From assembly GCA_965261545.1 (NCBI GenBank), contig CBDHDF010000010.1:768001-832000 (forward strand): a stretch of DNA of 64,000 bases. Reading direction: 5' to 3'. The notes below the pieces were generated by a model. The model saw only the letters and a program-made list of their open reading frames with translations, was not told the DNA's origin and searched no databases. Shown in pieces: positions 31,394 to 42,661 of the stretch. Each line of letters starts with the position of its first letter. Positions within the stretch are counted from its first letter, which is position 1. Source of the stretch: Bdellovibrionales bacterium. Its GTDB lineage: Bacteria > Bdellovibrionota > Bdellovibrionia > Bdellovibrionales > UBA1609. The translations under genes were made by a program, and so were the position numbers.

Positions 31394-32701
31394 TAAGAAC
31401 CTCCTATGTTTGGAACAAGACTGTCATATTGAGACAATCTAGGTTGAAGTGGTTTTTGTTGGTCATTCAAATTAATTTTGGTGGGATTTCCTAAGAGCAA
31501 ATCTTTTATGGATTTAAAGTCGAAAATCTCACGACTTTCTAATTGAAGCTCCATGGCTGTAGATAAGTCCTGCCAACTCACATGCTGAATCAAGTTGATA
31601 ACTCTTAAATATTCATGCTCGGCACGGCTTGAATCTTGTTGCTTGAGGTATTGATAAAAATTTTCAAACACATTTGTTGGAAAAAGAATGGATCGGTGAG
31701 CCCATCTTACCATGGCTTGCGGCTTACGAACTAAAGAAGGAAGGATATGTTCAAGAAGAAGACTATGCTCCCCATCAGGTTTTCTTTGATGGCGAGCGAC
31801 AATTTCTTGCTTCCCTCCTGCACGATAGATCGTGACATGATAGGGACCCTGTACGGTTTTACAGGGAGATTGGATCACCTCATCAGGTATGGAATATGTG
31901 GTTTTACCTATTCTCAAAGTCCCATAACCATTACTTTGACAAATATTCACCTTACAGAGAATATCTTCATCTCGTGGAGGCAAAGGCTTAAGAACTTTGG
32001 CCTCCTCCTCAAAGCGAGATTTGGTGGAGTCACTCTGATGCTGATCCATATAAGACTCTAAAAACTGATTCAAATGATCCCAGTCTTTAAAAACAATTCC
32101 TTTGTTTCTAACAATATTTTTTATCCGAGAACTGAAGGTTCGAATATCACGCTCCACATCTCCCTTGTCAGAGCCCTTCCCTGCGCGGCAGGGAAGAACC
32201 TTAAATCCATAGTATTGGATGGCTCGATCAAAAGATTGGGTGTAAATTCGCTGATTTCCTTTAAGAACTTTCTTCACACAGGGAGATAAATTATCAATAC
32301 GGATGTTCGCACTCATCCCACCTATCTTTTCAAAAAAAGCATGCACCCCATCGATGAAACACTCATAGACAAGAAAGGGGTAGGCACGAACCCAACAGGT
32401 GCCACTACAAGGCAATGTTCCAAAATGGAGATGAACGATCTGAACACCATCGGCAAATGGTAAAGCAACCTTCTCCTTAAAATCAAACTGAGCCTGTTCT
32501 CCAGGATCATATCTTTGGCTGAAAAAACGCTCCTTGGGGCGAGAACCAAGAATCTCACAAACTCTTCTCTGAACCGTTCTCTCACTCCCACGATAACCCT
32601 CCTCAACTAATAGCTCATATATTTCACGGGCGGTGTTACTTGGGTTCAACTTCAAAAAGTACTTCACCCGATCCCATAGGTGTTCGTGGTTTTTTATTCT
32701 T

Positions 32702-33946
32702 TCATAGCAAGACCTTTTTAGCCATATTCATTGATGTTTTTCGCCGTCGGTAGTTTGTGTCATAAATTTCATGGGAGAATATCTTGATCTTCTCTATCAA
32801 AATATTTAAATACTTTTGAGATGAGCTTAGGAGATATTTGATAAAATCAGAGGCTAATAAGACGGTAACCTTAGCAACTCTTTGAAACGATGTGGAGTCA
32901 TTTTGTTCCTTATTGAGTTTAGTTCTTCCTATCCTCAAAACAACACTTGATGTGAGGTGAGCCGCTAATGAAGCAAGAAGAAGACTCTCTATGATATTTT
33001 GATCGTTTGAGGTGATCTGATTTGCATTCAAAGAATTCTTACAAGATTTGAAAATAAGTTCACATTGCCAACGTAAACGATAAATTGGATATATGGACTC
33101 CGCTGCCACATCTAAATTCGTGCAATACCAATGATAGCGTTTTTCGGAGGAATTCCAGAAGCCTACAATTCTCAAACTTACCCATTTACCATTGGACAAG
33201 ACACTGCCTATAAATTCAACAACATCGTTTTTTTTCTTGAGTTTAATATCAGAGAACTCTTTTCCAACATAGTAATCTGGCAAACCTTCAACAACAGCAT
33301 CAATAAGAATAGAGGCATTTGACTTCACTCTAGACAAGAAAAATCCTTTAGCTTCATGAATAGATGACAATAAGCCATAGTCCCAATATCCCAAATCAAA
33401 GATGACTAATTTTCCAACGAGTTCCTTTATATCAGGAAAGCACTTCCTATCGTTAGTGGAAGACGGAGTTAATTCGAACCAAGTCATTATACCACTGAAT
33501 AAACTGAAACAAGCGTGCCATTTAATTCCTGCGTTTGTTCTTGTCCCTGGAAAATTCTCAGATGCTCCATCCCAAAGGCTTATTGTGCTTGAGTCAACAA
33601 GAAGAACGTCTGAGACTCCCAGTTGTAATAATATGGCTTTGCTCCCATGAAAAGCTCCATGAGATAGCTTTATCATGAGCATTTCAACCAGTTTACTCAG
33701 AAGCTCTTTTAATCTTTTTCTAGAGAGTCTTTCCCAGAAGCTGTGTCTTTCAATTCTTAATCCTAAATGACTTATCATAAACCTCCTAATTCCCTCTATT
33801 GAATATGTCTTAGAGTCTCCCTGGAATGACAAGACAAGAGCCACAATAAACTCAAGAGGTGGAATGGTTGCCCGAGAGTCCTTTTCAGGAATAACTTTCT
33901 TGAAACATTTTTTGATCGTTTTAAGTGTTTGAGCTTCCGTGCTCAT
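32702..33946 (-). CDS. IS4-family transposase
   Basis: VDSST, FDLGY and YRLRWQCELIFK motifs. Confidence 0.93.
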   Translation of the reverse strand: MSTEAQTLKTIKKCFKKVIPEKDSRATIPPLEFIVALVLSFQGDSKTYSIEGIRRFMISHLGLRIERHSFWERLSRKRLKELLSKLVEMLMIKLSHGAFHGSKAILLQLGVSDVLLVDSSTISLWDGASENFPGTRTNAGIKWHACFSLFSGIMTWFELTPSSTNDRKCFPDIKELVGKLVIFDLGYWDYGLLSSIHEAKGFFLSRVKSNASILIDAVVEGLPDYYVGKEFSDIKLKKKNDVVEFIGSVLSNGKWVSLRIVGFWNSSEKRYHWYCTNLDVAAESIYPIYRLRWQCELIFKSCKNSLNANQITSNDQNIIESLLLASLAAHLTSSVVLRIGRTKLNKEQNDSTSFQRVAKVTVLLASDFIKYLLSSSQKYLNILIEKIKIFSHEIYDTNYRRRKTSMNMAKKVLL

Positions 33947-34051
33947 ATTTGCCCCCTGCGTTTAAAAAATAAAAATTTCCTCCAATTAATCTTGACCTAT
34001 TAAGATACTAACGCGAGAATCATTAAGTCTGTAGATAACTCACTTGTATCT

Positions 34052-34516
34052 ATGCGGATTCATTGTATTCGACAGGAGCAAAAAATAGCAATGATTTTTG
34101 GACTTTTAATATTACTTTCTTTGGGATCCTTTATATCTCTTCTTATTTCCTTATTGGTATTTGGATTTGGTTATTTACTGGCACTCATCCTCCCATTAAC
34201 TCAGATGCAAGCATCTTCTTTGTTTTTTGCTTCACTCACACTTTTGGTTCTTACATGTATTTTTATGATGCTCATATCTCAATTTAAAAATCGTTACTTT
34301 CACCAGAATCTAGGAGATATTCTTTTTGATAATTTGGATGAGGATTTGGAAGATGAAAAGCAAAAAAAAATTGTAACTGAAGATATGTCTGCATCACAGC
34401 AGAAAAATGACCAAAGCGAAAAAATTGGAAGAAATCAATCCTGTCCATGCGGAAGTGGAAAGAAATTTAAATTCTGTTGTTCCCAAAAGTCCACAGTTCT
34501 TTCGTTACACAATTAA
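34052..34516 (+). CDS. Membrane protein with a C-terminal SEC-C motif (IS passenger)
   Basis: Two hydrophobic segments, an acidic linker, then KIGRNQSCPCGSGKKFKFCC. Confidence 0.85.
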   Translation: MRIHCIRQEQKIAMIFGLLILLSLGSFISLLISLLVFGFGYLLALILPLTQMQASSLFFASLTLLVLTCIFMMLISQFKNRYFHQNLGDILFDNLDEDLEDEKQKKIVTEDMSASQQKNDQSEKIGRNQSCPCGSGKKFKFCCSQKSTVLSLHN

Positions 34517-35756
34517 GTCTCTTAAAACACATGGCTTGTCGTGGATATCAAATGTCAATCTGCGTCCATTTCTCAAAATACCATCTATAAATATTTGTAT
34601 CTATTCAGGGGGGCATGAGTTTACAGAGAGAGATTTATATTTTCTCTGGTAAGAAGGAGCAATTTACCTCTTGAACTCTGCTACCCCCTGAACAGTTACA
34701 AATATTTATAAATCGCCCACTTCCCTCTATGTAAAAAAGGAGGCTTGAAAAGTATTTCCATTAATTCGGAATTAAAATTAGAAAAAAACCACGAACACCT
34801 ATGCACCCGATCCATATATCCATTAAGGGGATCTGGGCGAGTTCTTTTGGACCTCGCCTTGTACTTCGGTGGGGTGTTGGACTCACAGTACTTGCGCACC
34901 GTCTTACGATTGATCCCTAATTCACGAGATATTTCTGTCTTATTTTTACCACTGTGACTCAGGTCACGAATGCGGCCGAAAGTGTATTGACTAATCATAA
35001 GATCCTCCTCATTGCTAACCTTTTGAGTTGCAAGAGGGAGGGACTCTGTGAGCTTATCTATATCAGAAGAAGAGACTTCATTGTCTAGTATTTGAACACT
35101 CCCTGAAGATTGGTCACTTTTCATTGGCGACAACCTCCATATTGAAAGTGGGACATTTTAATTGGCGACGGCTTTAAGGGAAGCCTGTCTTCAGAAAGAA
35201 ATTCCATGAAAATTGAGGCAAATGTTGGAATCTTGTGGAATTTAAATACTTTAGAAAATGGGCACAGCCTAAACAGGCTTTTCTTGACTATATATTTAAC
35301 CTCATTGAAATCCAGAAACAGTCTACAAAATGACAAATATGGAACCTGAATAGGCTGTCATGGAAGGACTCTCCAACACGGAGCCCCTTTCCAGGTCGAC
35401 AAGAACCCAAAAGGAGTTCTTATCAGCTCGGAGCCTTTTTATGAGTAATATCAATTGATTATATGCGTCTCGGTTGACAATGCCAAAAATCACCATAGGT
35501 CCTCCTCTGAAAAGTGGCCACTTTTCATTGGCGACGGTGGGGCATTTTAATTGTCAGCTAACATGAGGGGCCAAATAAAGTCCCACTGGATAGGAGGCTC
35601 CTCTCAATCTCCTCTCAATGTGGAATCGAGACTAAGAATCTTTCAGTCGTACCCGAAAGCCCCCTGGGGCTGAGGGGCGAGGGCAGGAGCCCGAGACTGA
35701 AAGATCCGCAACAGGATGTTGCGTCGATTCAAGCAAGTAGCCACCACCTGTGGGAG

Positions 35757-37173
35757 CAATGCCGTTTCCTTAAGCCACCACACCCCTCTGCCTCTGCGTT
35801 AAGCTATTTCTTTTAAAAGAACTCCCAGCGCTTTTGATAGACCTTTCATAGCTTCTTTTGAAGTGCCTCCTCTTCTCCATTGAAATCTTCATCAGCAACT
35901 TTATCTGCTTCCTAAATTTCTGATAGAGCCCCGCAACAAAAAGAGGGATGCTATCCATTATGAAATCAAGAATCAGTTTAAAGTTAGGTTTTTTGTAGTC
36001 ATTTTTTACCAACTGATTCACACTGTCTTCATCCTCATTTATGCTCATTTGAATCTTTGTATAATTGAAGAGCCAAAAATAAGAATACAGCTCTTGCAAT
36101 ATTCCATTAAGGCTTGTTGAGTGCCACTGCTCCATTTTCATTGTCGATGTAAAATCACGAAATGTCGTTTCTATTTCCCAACGACGAGAGTAAAGAGCAA
36201 CCATATCCTTCTTGTCCAAGGAGCCATGCGGAAGATTAGTGGCCAAAACAGAGAACTCCCCAGTCTTTGGGTTTTTATACTTATAGAGATGAATGACCAC
36301 CCCCTCAATAACCATTCGTGAATACCAACCTGGGCCATTAAATAAATTTACAATGGGGATAAAAGTAGAGCCTCGCTTACAACGCGCAATAAAGAAGTTA
36401 CTGGCTTGAGCATGGGCCTTAATAATCTCTGTAGATAAATAAAGCCTATCGTAGAGAGTTATGCTATTACTCTCAAAACTACCTATCATTTGAATAGCAT
36501 TGGCGATTTCGTTGAGAGCGGGAGAATAGCAAAGATTCTTTGTCACACCCGATAAAACGTCATAAGCATGAGATAGATACATACGTAAGAAATGAGTTTC
36601 CATCTCATTTGGGCAAGGGTACCCACAATAACCCTCCTTTAAAAGATCTTTAGAGCGAGGAAGTGCTAATTGGTCGCCATCTATGGCATAGATATAAAAA
36701 CCATGAAACGTTTTTCTCAATGGTTCGTAGTCTGTAATCAGAGATTCAAAGATATCTTTGAAAAATAGGTAAGAAATACTTTGACGTATCTTGCTGAGAC
36801 TGCTTTTGACTGGCATGAGAAGCAGGTCACCAAAATGAGTCCATACCGTCTTAAGAGCGATTTGGTAGCCTTCGTAATTTGTTCCTGAAATAAGATAGAT
36901 AATGGTAAAAAAGAAAATTTGAGGATTAAATTTTCGATTCCTTTTTTGTTTTTCTGGATCGACAAGGTGCTCTGGCTTGAAGGAAGAATCAAGTTTTGGT
37001 AGAATAAAATGGTCATCTGTGACGCGAACTCGTCATTTGGGGGCTTTCGAGATCAATATTGGATTGCATGTGACTTACTCCTTGGTTGAGGGTTGGGTGT
37101 AAAATAAAACAAGTCTTATTCTTGTCGATTTATCTAATGATTTCAAGAGATTTTTCTTAAGGAAACGGCATTG
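35757..37173 (-). mobile_element. IS4-A, complete copy (transposase 35770-36816)
   Basis: IRs present; 11-bp TSD acctgtgggag. Confidence 0.95.
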
Positions 37174-37491
37174 ACCTGTGGGAGGATCTCCTGCTTTAAA
37201 TGCCAGGAACTAGGCTTCCAAAAATAATCCATCAAATCAGATACAGCGAAATTATCCTCCCAAGAGAACTTGGAAATCTCAAGTGCTCTTAATTTCTTGA
37301 GCCACCAGGCGGGAGAGCAAACCAAACAGAGAGAATCAGTCATCCTTTTTTCACTCACTTCACCTCGACACACCTTGCTAATCAAAATATCACTCTCAAC
37401 AACTTAAACTCAGTCAGGATAAAATCATAAAAATTGCTTCGAGGTCAAAGGAACCCATGAAAAGTCCGTCAAAATAAAGTATTGGATCACA

Positions 37492-37639
37492 CCATCTTAT
37501 CCTCTAGGTTGCTGATCCCCAGTGGCCTGAACTGGCCGTTGTCTTTGGGAATGAGCACTTCTCTGACCGGGGAGGGGCAGTAGGTCATAGTTTTCATGCG
37601 AAGAATTAGATTATCTATATTCTTGGCAAGGTCTTGCCT
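37492..37639 (-). pseudogene. Group II intron RT/maturase fragment 1
   Basis: Translates to RQDLAKNIDNLILRMKTMTYCPSPVREVLIPKDNGQFRPLGISNLEDKM and continues into fragment 2. Confidence 0.9.
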
Positions 37640-39056
37640 CAATGCCGTTTCCTTAAGAAAAATCTCTTGAAATCATTAGATAAATCGACAAGAATAAGAC
37701 TTGTTTTATTTTACACCCAACCCTCAACCAAGGAGTAAGTCACATGCAATCCAATATTGATCTCGAAAGCCCCCAAATGACGAGTTCGCGTCACAGATGA
37801 CCATTTTATTCTACCAAAACTTGATTCTTCCTTCAAGCCAGAGCACCTTGTCGATCCAGAAAAACAAAAAAGGAATCGAAAATTTAATCCTCAAATTTTC
37901 TTTTTTACCATTATCTATCTTATTTCAGGAACAAATTACGAAGGCTACCAAATCGCTCTTAAGACGGTATGGACTCATTTTGGTGACCTGCTTCTCATGC
38001 CAGTCAAAAGCAGTCTCAGCAAGATACGTCAAAGTATTTCTTACCTATTTTTCAAAGATATCTTTGAATCTCTGATTACAGACTACGAACCATTGAGAAA
38101 AACGTTTCATGGTTTTTATATCTATGCCATAGATGGCGACCAATTAGCACTTCCTCGCTCTAAAGATCTTTTAAAGGAGGGTTATTGTGGGTACCCTTGC
38201 CCAAATGAGATGGAAACTCATTTCTTACGTATGTATCTATCTCATGCTTATGACGTTTTATCGGGTGTGACAAAGAATCTTTGCTATTCTCCCGCTCTCA
38301 ACGAAATCGCCAATGCTATTCAAATGATAGGTAGTTTTGAGAGTAATAGCATAACTCTCTACGATAGGCTTTATTTATCTACAGAGATTATTAAGGCCCA
38401 TGCTCAAGCCAGTAACTTCTTTATTGCGCGTTGTAAGCGAGGCTCTACTTTTATCCCCATCGTAAATTTATTTAATGGCCCAGGTTGGTATTCACAAATG
38501 GTTATTGAGGGGGTGGTCATTCATCTCTATAAGTATAAAAACCCAAAGACTGGGGAGTTCTCTGTTTTGGCCACTAATCTTCCGCATGGCTCCTTGGACA
38601 AGAAGGATATGGTTGCTCTTTACTCTCGTCGTTGGGAAATAGAAACGACATTTCGTGATTTTACATCGACAATGAAAATGGAGCAGTGGCACTCAACAAG
38701 CCTTAATGGAATATTGCAAGAGCTGTATTCTTATTTTTGGCTCTTCAATTATACAAAGATTCAAATGAGCATAAATGAGGATGAAGACAGTGTGAATCAG
38801 TTGGTGAAAAATGACTACAAAAAACCTAACTTTAAACTGATTCTTGATTTCATAATGGATAGCATCCCTCTTTTTGTTGCGGGGCTCTATCAGAAATTTA
38901 GGAAGCAGATAAAGTTGCTGATGAAGATTTCAATGGAGAAGAGGAGGCACTTCAAAAGAAGCTATGAAAGGTCTATCAAAAGGGCTGGGAGTTCTTTTAA
39001 AAGAAATAGCTTAACGCAGAGGCAGAGGGGTGTGGTGGCTTAAGGAAACGGCATTG
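37640..39056 (+). mobile_element. IS4-A, complete copy (transposase 37997-39043), flanks do not match
   Basis: Both IRs present; left flank is the RT gene, right flank is the IS256 tail. Confidence 0.95.
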
Positions 39057-41039
39057 TACCCTAACCATAGTCTCGTATTCCAGCATTTCTCAACGCCTTA
39101 GAGCCCTCTTATAAGGGGACCTTATTTATTAAAAAACTTAGTTGTCAAAACGGTCACCGTATTCAATGGCAAACCTGTTCATGGCTGGCTTCCAGTTGTG
39201 TAATGGTCGTGTCCATCGCTTAGAGGCCATTTTTATCGCTAAATATACAACTTTTAAAGCCGACCGATCACTGGGAAATATCTTACGATTTCTGATCGCC
39301 TTGCGGATCACGCTATTTAACGACTCTATGGCGTTTGTGGTATAAAAAATCTTTCTGATTTCATCCGGATAATCGAAAATAGTGATGAGATTGTCCCAAT
39401 TCCTACGCCAAGACTTTTCAATATTCGGATACTTTGAAGACCACTTGGTACAAAATTCCTCAAGGGCCTTTTCAGCTTCTGTCAGAGTCGTAGAGCCATA
39501 AATGGACTTGAGGTCTTGGGCGACAGCTTTCATATTCTTGGAAGGAACATAGCGAAGGGAATTGCGGACCATATGGACAATGCACAGTTGCACTTTAGAC
39601 TTGGGAAAAGCCGCTGAAATGGCTTGAGGAAAACCTGTAAGACCATCTACAGAAAATATAAATACGTCTTTCAACCCTCGATTTTGCAGCTCAGTCAAAA
39701 CACTCAACCAAAACTTTGAACCCTCATTTTCAGAAATCCATAGGCCCAACAAGTCTTTCTGACCCTCCTCTGTAATACCAAGAGCTAGGTAAATCGCCTT
39801 ATTAATAACTCTCTTGTCTTGATGGACCTTCACCACGATACAGTCCAAAAATACGATAGGGTAAGTGCTATCCAAGGGGCGGTTCTGCCAAGCCGTAACT
39901 TCATCAATAACAGCATCCGTCACGTTGGCTATCACTGAGTGGGATATCTCTGCACCATGGTAGAGGTCTTTGATAGCTCCTTGAATATCCCTGGTCGTCA
40001 TTCCCCTCGCATAGAGGGTCAGAATACTGTCTTCAAAGCCCTCAAGACGAGTCTTGCCTTTGGGAATGACTTGGGGCTCAAAGGAGGCACTTCGGTCACG
40101 GGGGACCTGAAGCTCCACCTCGCCTTTCTCTCCCTTTATGGTCTTTCTACTGTAACCATTGCGAGTGTTGGATTTGAGGGTCTCAGACTTCTCATGCCTC
40201 TCATAACCTAGGTGATCGTCCATTTCCGCATTAAGAGCTGTCTCTAAAACAACCTTCATCAGTTGATCCGTTATGTCGGATAAATCCTTTTGGGTCTTGA
40301 CCTTCTTCGCTAGTTCCTTGCCTATCGAGTAGGCAGTGGGAACTTCCCCCACTGCCCCTCACAGAACCGTGCTTGAAAGTCTCCCCTCACACGGCTCCTA
40401 TGATTTTCCGTTTCATTAGGCTCCTCCTCAGCATAACCAAGTTGGCCTGACTACTTCCATAAATCATGTGACCCCTTCGCTCCATTCTCATTACAAGAAC
40501 TTCATCACTACTACGAATCACTCTGCCCCTGGTTGGTGGCATCGGTATTTAGCACTTCGGGGGTCTCCCTTATAGCGTTTCCCTTATCATCCACCAGCAG
40601 GTTCCCACGTTCCGATACGAAGCCTGTACTAGGTTCATGCCCCCTATACACCGCACGCCGTCTAGATCGGTCATCAGGCTTCCTCTAGACTTATCCCGAC
40701 GGAGACAACCTTCCTTCGGTTTTGACGCGACTGTTAATCTTTCGATGCGTCGTCGGTGGGTTTGCTTTCGCTCATCTCCCTAGTACTTACATGACCGTTT
40801 ACTACGGCCTTTTCCTTGCTCGCTCACTACAAGGGCCTTGCCTCCCATGCAGCAGCAAGGTTGTTTGCACTCAAATCCTGAAATCCGAGTGCGGAGGACC
40901 TACCTCCATCTTCACATCAGCATGTCACCTCCGTGACTTCGTGGCACACATTGTCTTGATATCCATTCTGCCTTCTCCTTTCAGGATGATAGTTCATCCT
41001 AATATGATTCGGCAGTTACACAAAATAGTTTACAGGCTC
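39057..41039 (-). mobile_element. IS256 copy 2; transposase 40966-39138 split by a group II intron; tail truncated
   Basis: Near-identical to 10147-11422 apart from the intron; IR ends at 41039. Confidence 0.93.
40324..40949 (-). ncRNA. ORF-less group II intron, 626 nt (IIB, class D-like)
   Basis: GUGUG start; DV gagccgtgtgagggGAGActttcaagcacggttc; DVI ending ctactcgat. Removal restores the IS256 sequence exactly. EBS1-like GUUGUC pairs with the exon end GACAAU. Confidence 0.93.
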
Positions 41040-42639
41040 ATTTTGTAAGGTGGGCCTCACAAAGATAAGTTAAAAAGCATAGAGTTAAATGTCCAATAAT
41101 CCTCTGGTCTGTCCAATGGAAAACAGGACGTGTTTTCAAAGTCCCTTTTAACTCACCAAAAGCATCTTCAATTTTCCACAATTCTTTGTAGTTGATAATA
41201 ATCTCATCTGCCGTCAAGTCTTTGACATTTGTAAGGACGGCAAAAAAACCATCAATTTTTTCATCTAATTCTATTTGTTCTGCATTTAATTCAGGTTTTT
41301 TATTTTTGTCGTCAGCCATCTTTACATATTTCTTATAACCTTTATTGGAAACAAAAGTACTAGACTGAACACCTTTAGAAGATAGTTTTCCTTCGATCTT
41401 TTCAAGAAGGGATTCTCTAGATTTTTTATCTCTCTCTGCTCTTTTCCTAGACCAAGTCACAATACATCTATGCCCCCCATGGTCTGTTTCGTAAACAGCA
41501 AGCTCATTCTCATATACCCAGCTAAAACGATTTAAATCATAGACCTCTTGTTTCTTTTCTTTTTTTAAAGATCCAAGCTTCATACCAACAATAAACTCGC
41601 TTTGATCCTCACTGAGTTTGTCAGTATTAGCCTTTGATAAAAGCCCCCTATCAGCCACAAAAATGAAACGGCGTACATTAAACTTTTTTCTCATTTTATC
41701 AACAATATCTGAAAGCGTCTTGCCTTCAAAAGTATTACCAGGGAAAACCTCAAAACCTAAAGGGATGCCATCCCGATTCACCAACAAACCAAAGACAACT
41801 TGGGTGCAGTCTGATCGTCTCTCTTTACTATAGCCAAATTGACGAAGTTTCCCTAAGTCTGTTCTTGTACTCTCGAAGCGTAAGGTTGTTAAATCATACA
41901 ACACAATGTCTACTTGGAAATTAAATAAATCTCGCCCCACCCAATAAAGCGAGTTCTCTATTTCATCCTTATGGGAGGCAAGTAAGTCCATAGACCGATA
42001 AATATGCTGGAGACTCAAATCACCCTTAATCATGTCTGGGTAAAAAGATTTTTGCCAATACTCAAAAACCTTTAACTTGGAACTAGGAGCAATAAATCGG
42101 CTGGCAACTAAGGTAAAAATCACCTTACATAAATCAAATTGAACTTTCTCATGAGAATCTTTTATGTCTTTGAGGGTCTTATTGATACCCAGTTGATCAA
42201 ACAACTTTTGTAAAATCAGCAAGGGACCCAAAATGAAAGTCTCTTCGATGTAAAGCTCCTTAGCCAATTGACTCACAGTGAGAAGCTCTCGGTGGCGGGA
42301 TACGGCCTGCGCCAAACTATTAATCTTATCCTCTCCTCCTTCTCCAGCCTTACCTAAGGACATGAGCATGCGTTTTTTGGATTTGCCTTTTTCTCTGTAG
42401 GACTCCACAAGGTGGTAGTAGCACTGACCTTTTGAGTTTTTAGTCGTTTGGATGTACATGAGGATATTTTCTACATATTTCTATGATATATCAATATTTA
42501 AAACGATAAAATCCTATTTTGTTTTCTACACTTTTTTTACGTCAATTTTAATTTTTCCAGCAGCTACCATTATATTTCAGTACAACCCCAATTTCTGGAA
42601 ATTTCGCATTTTAACGCAGATGCTGCTGTCAAACTCGGG
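41040..42639 (-). mobile_element. IS1634-family element, transposase 42459-41040 truncated by IS256
   Basis: YDLTT, FGYSK, VADRG and LWKIEDAF motifs; stop codon created at the junction. Confidence 0.88.
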
Positions 42640-42661
42640 ACGCATTAACGAGGAGGTGTCT

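Larger units (their letters stand above)
32675..34803 (-). mobile_element. IS4-family (IS231/ISH8-like CAT ends) element with a SEC-C passenger, copy 1
   Basis: IR cataggtgttcgtggtttttt; 10-bp TSD cacccgatcc; 2129 bp. Confidence 0.95.
31393..34998 (-). pseudogene. istA: IS21 transposase split by IS4 (34998-34804 joined to 32664-31393)
   Basis: MISQ..ISRELGINRKTVRKY joins in frame to PGEQAQFD..DN..KGDVE. Confidence 0.9.
30181..35563 (-). mobile_element. IS21-family element 1 (istA interrupted)
   Basis: Ends tgttaggcgccaatt / aattgtcagctaaca, subterminal tggcgac repeats, 5-bp TSD tgagg. Confidence 0.93.
27324..37491 (+). mobile_element. Three-gene TG...CA transposon (Zn-finger ORF + DDE + AAA), containing IS21 and IS4 insertions
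   Basis: 24-bp IRs tgttatacgatactttattctgac / gtcaaaataaagtattggatcaca; 5-bp TSD ccatc at 27319-27323 and 37492-37496. Removing it rejoins the RT frame. Confidence 0.92.

Noticed and set aside
26990..37639. RT as a DGR or retron acting on the DUF285 genes
   Set aside because: Motifs are group II intron type, the gene is broken, and I saw no TR/VR pair with adenine-specific differences.
40324..40352. MGEVPTAYS N-terminus of ORFs 39138-40352 and 58044-58226
   Set aside because: It comes from intron domain VI; the true start is at 40966, upstream of the intron.
42452..42661. N-terminal 70 aa of the 574-aa IstA ORF
   Set aside because: Mostly read-through from the neighbouring IS1634 end; the SD-supported start is 42662.
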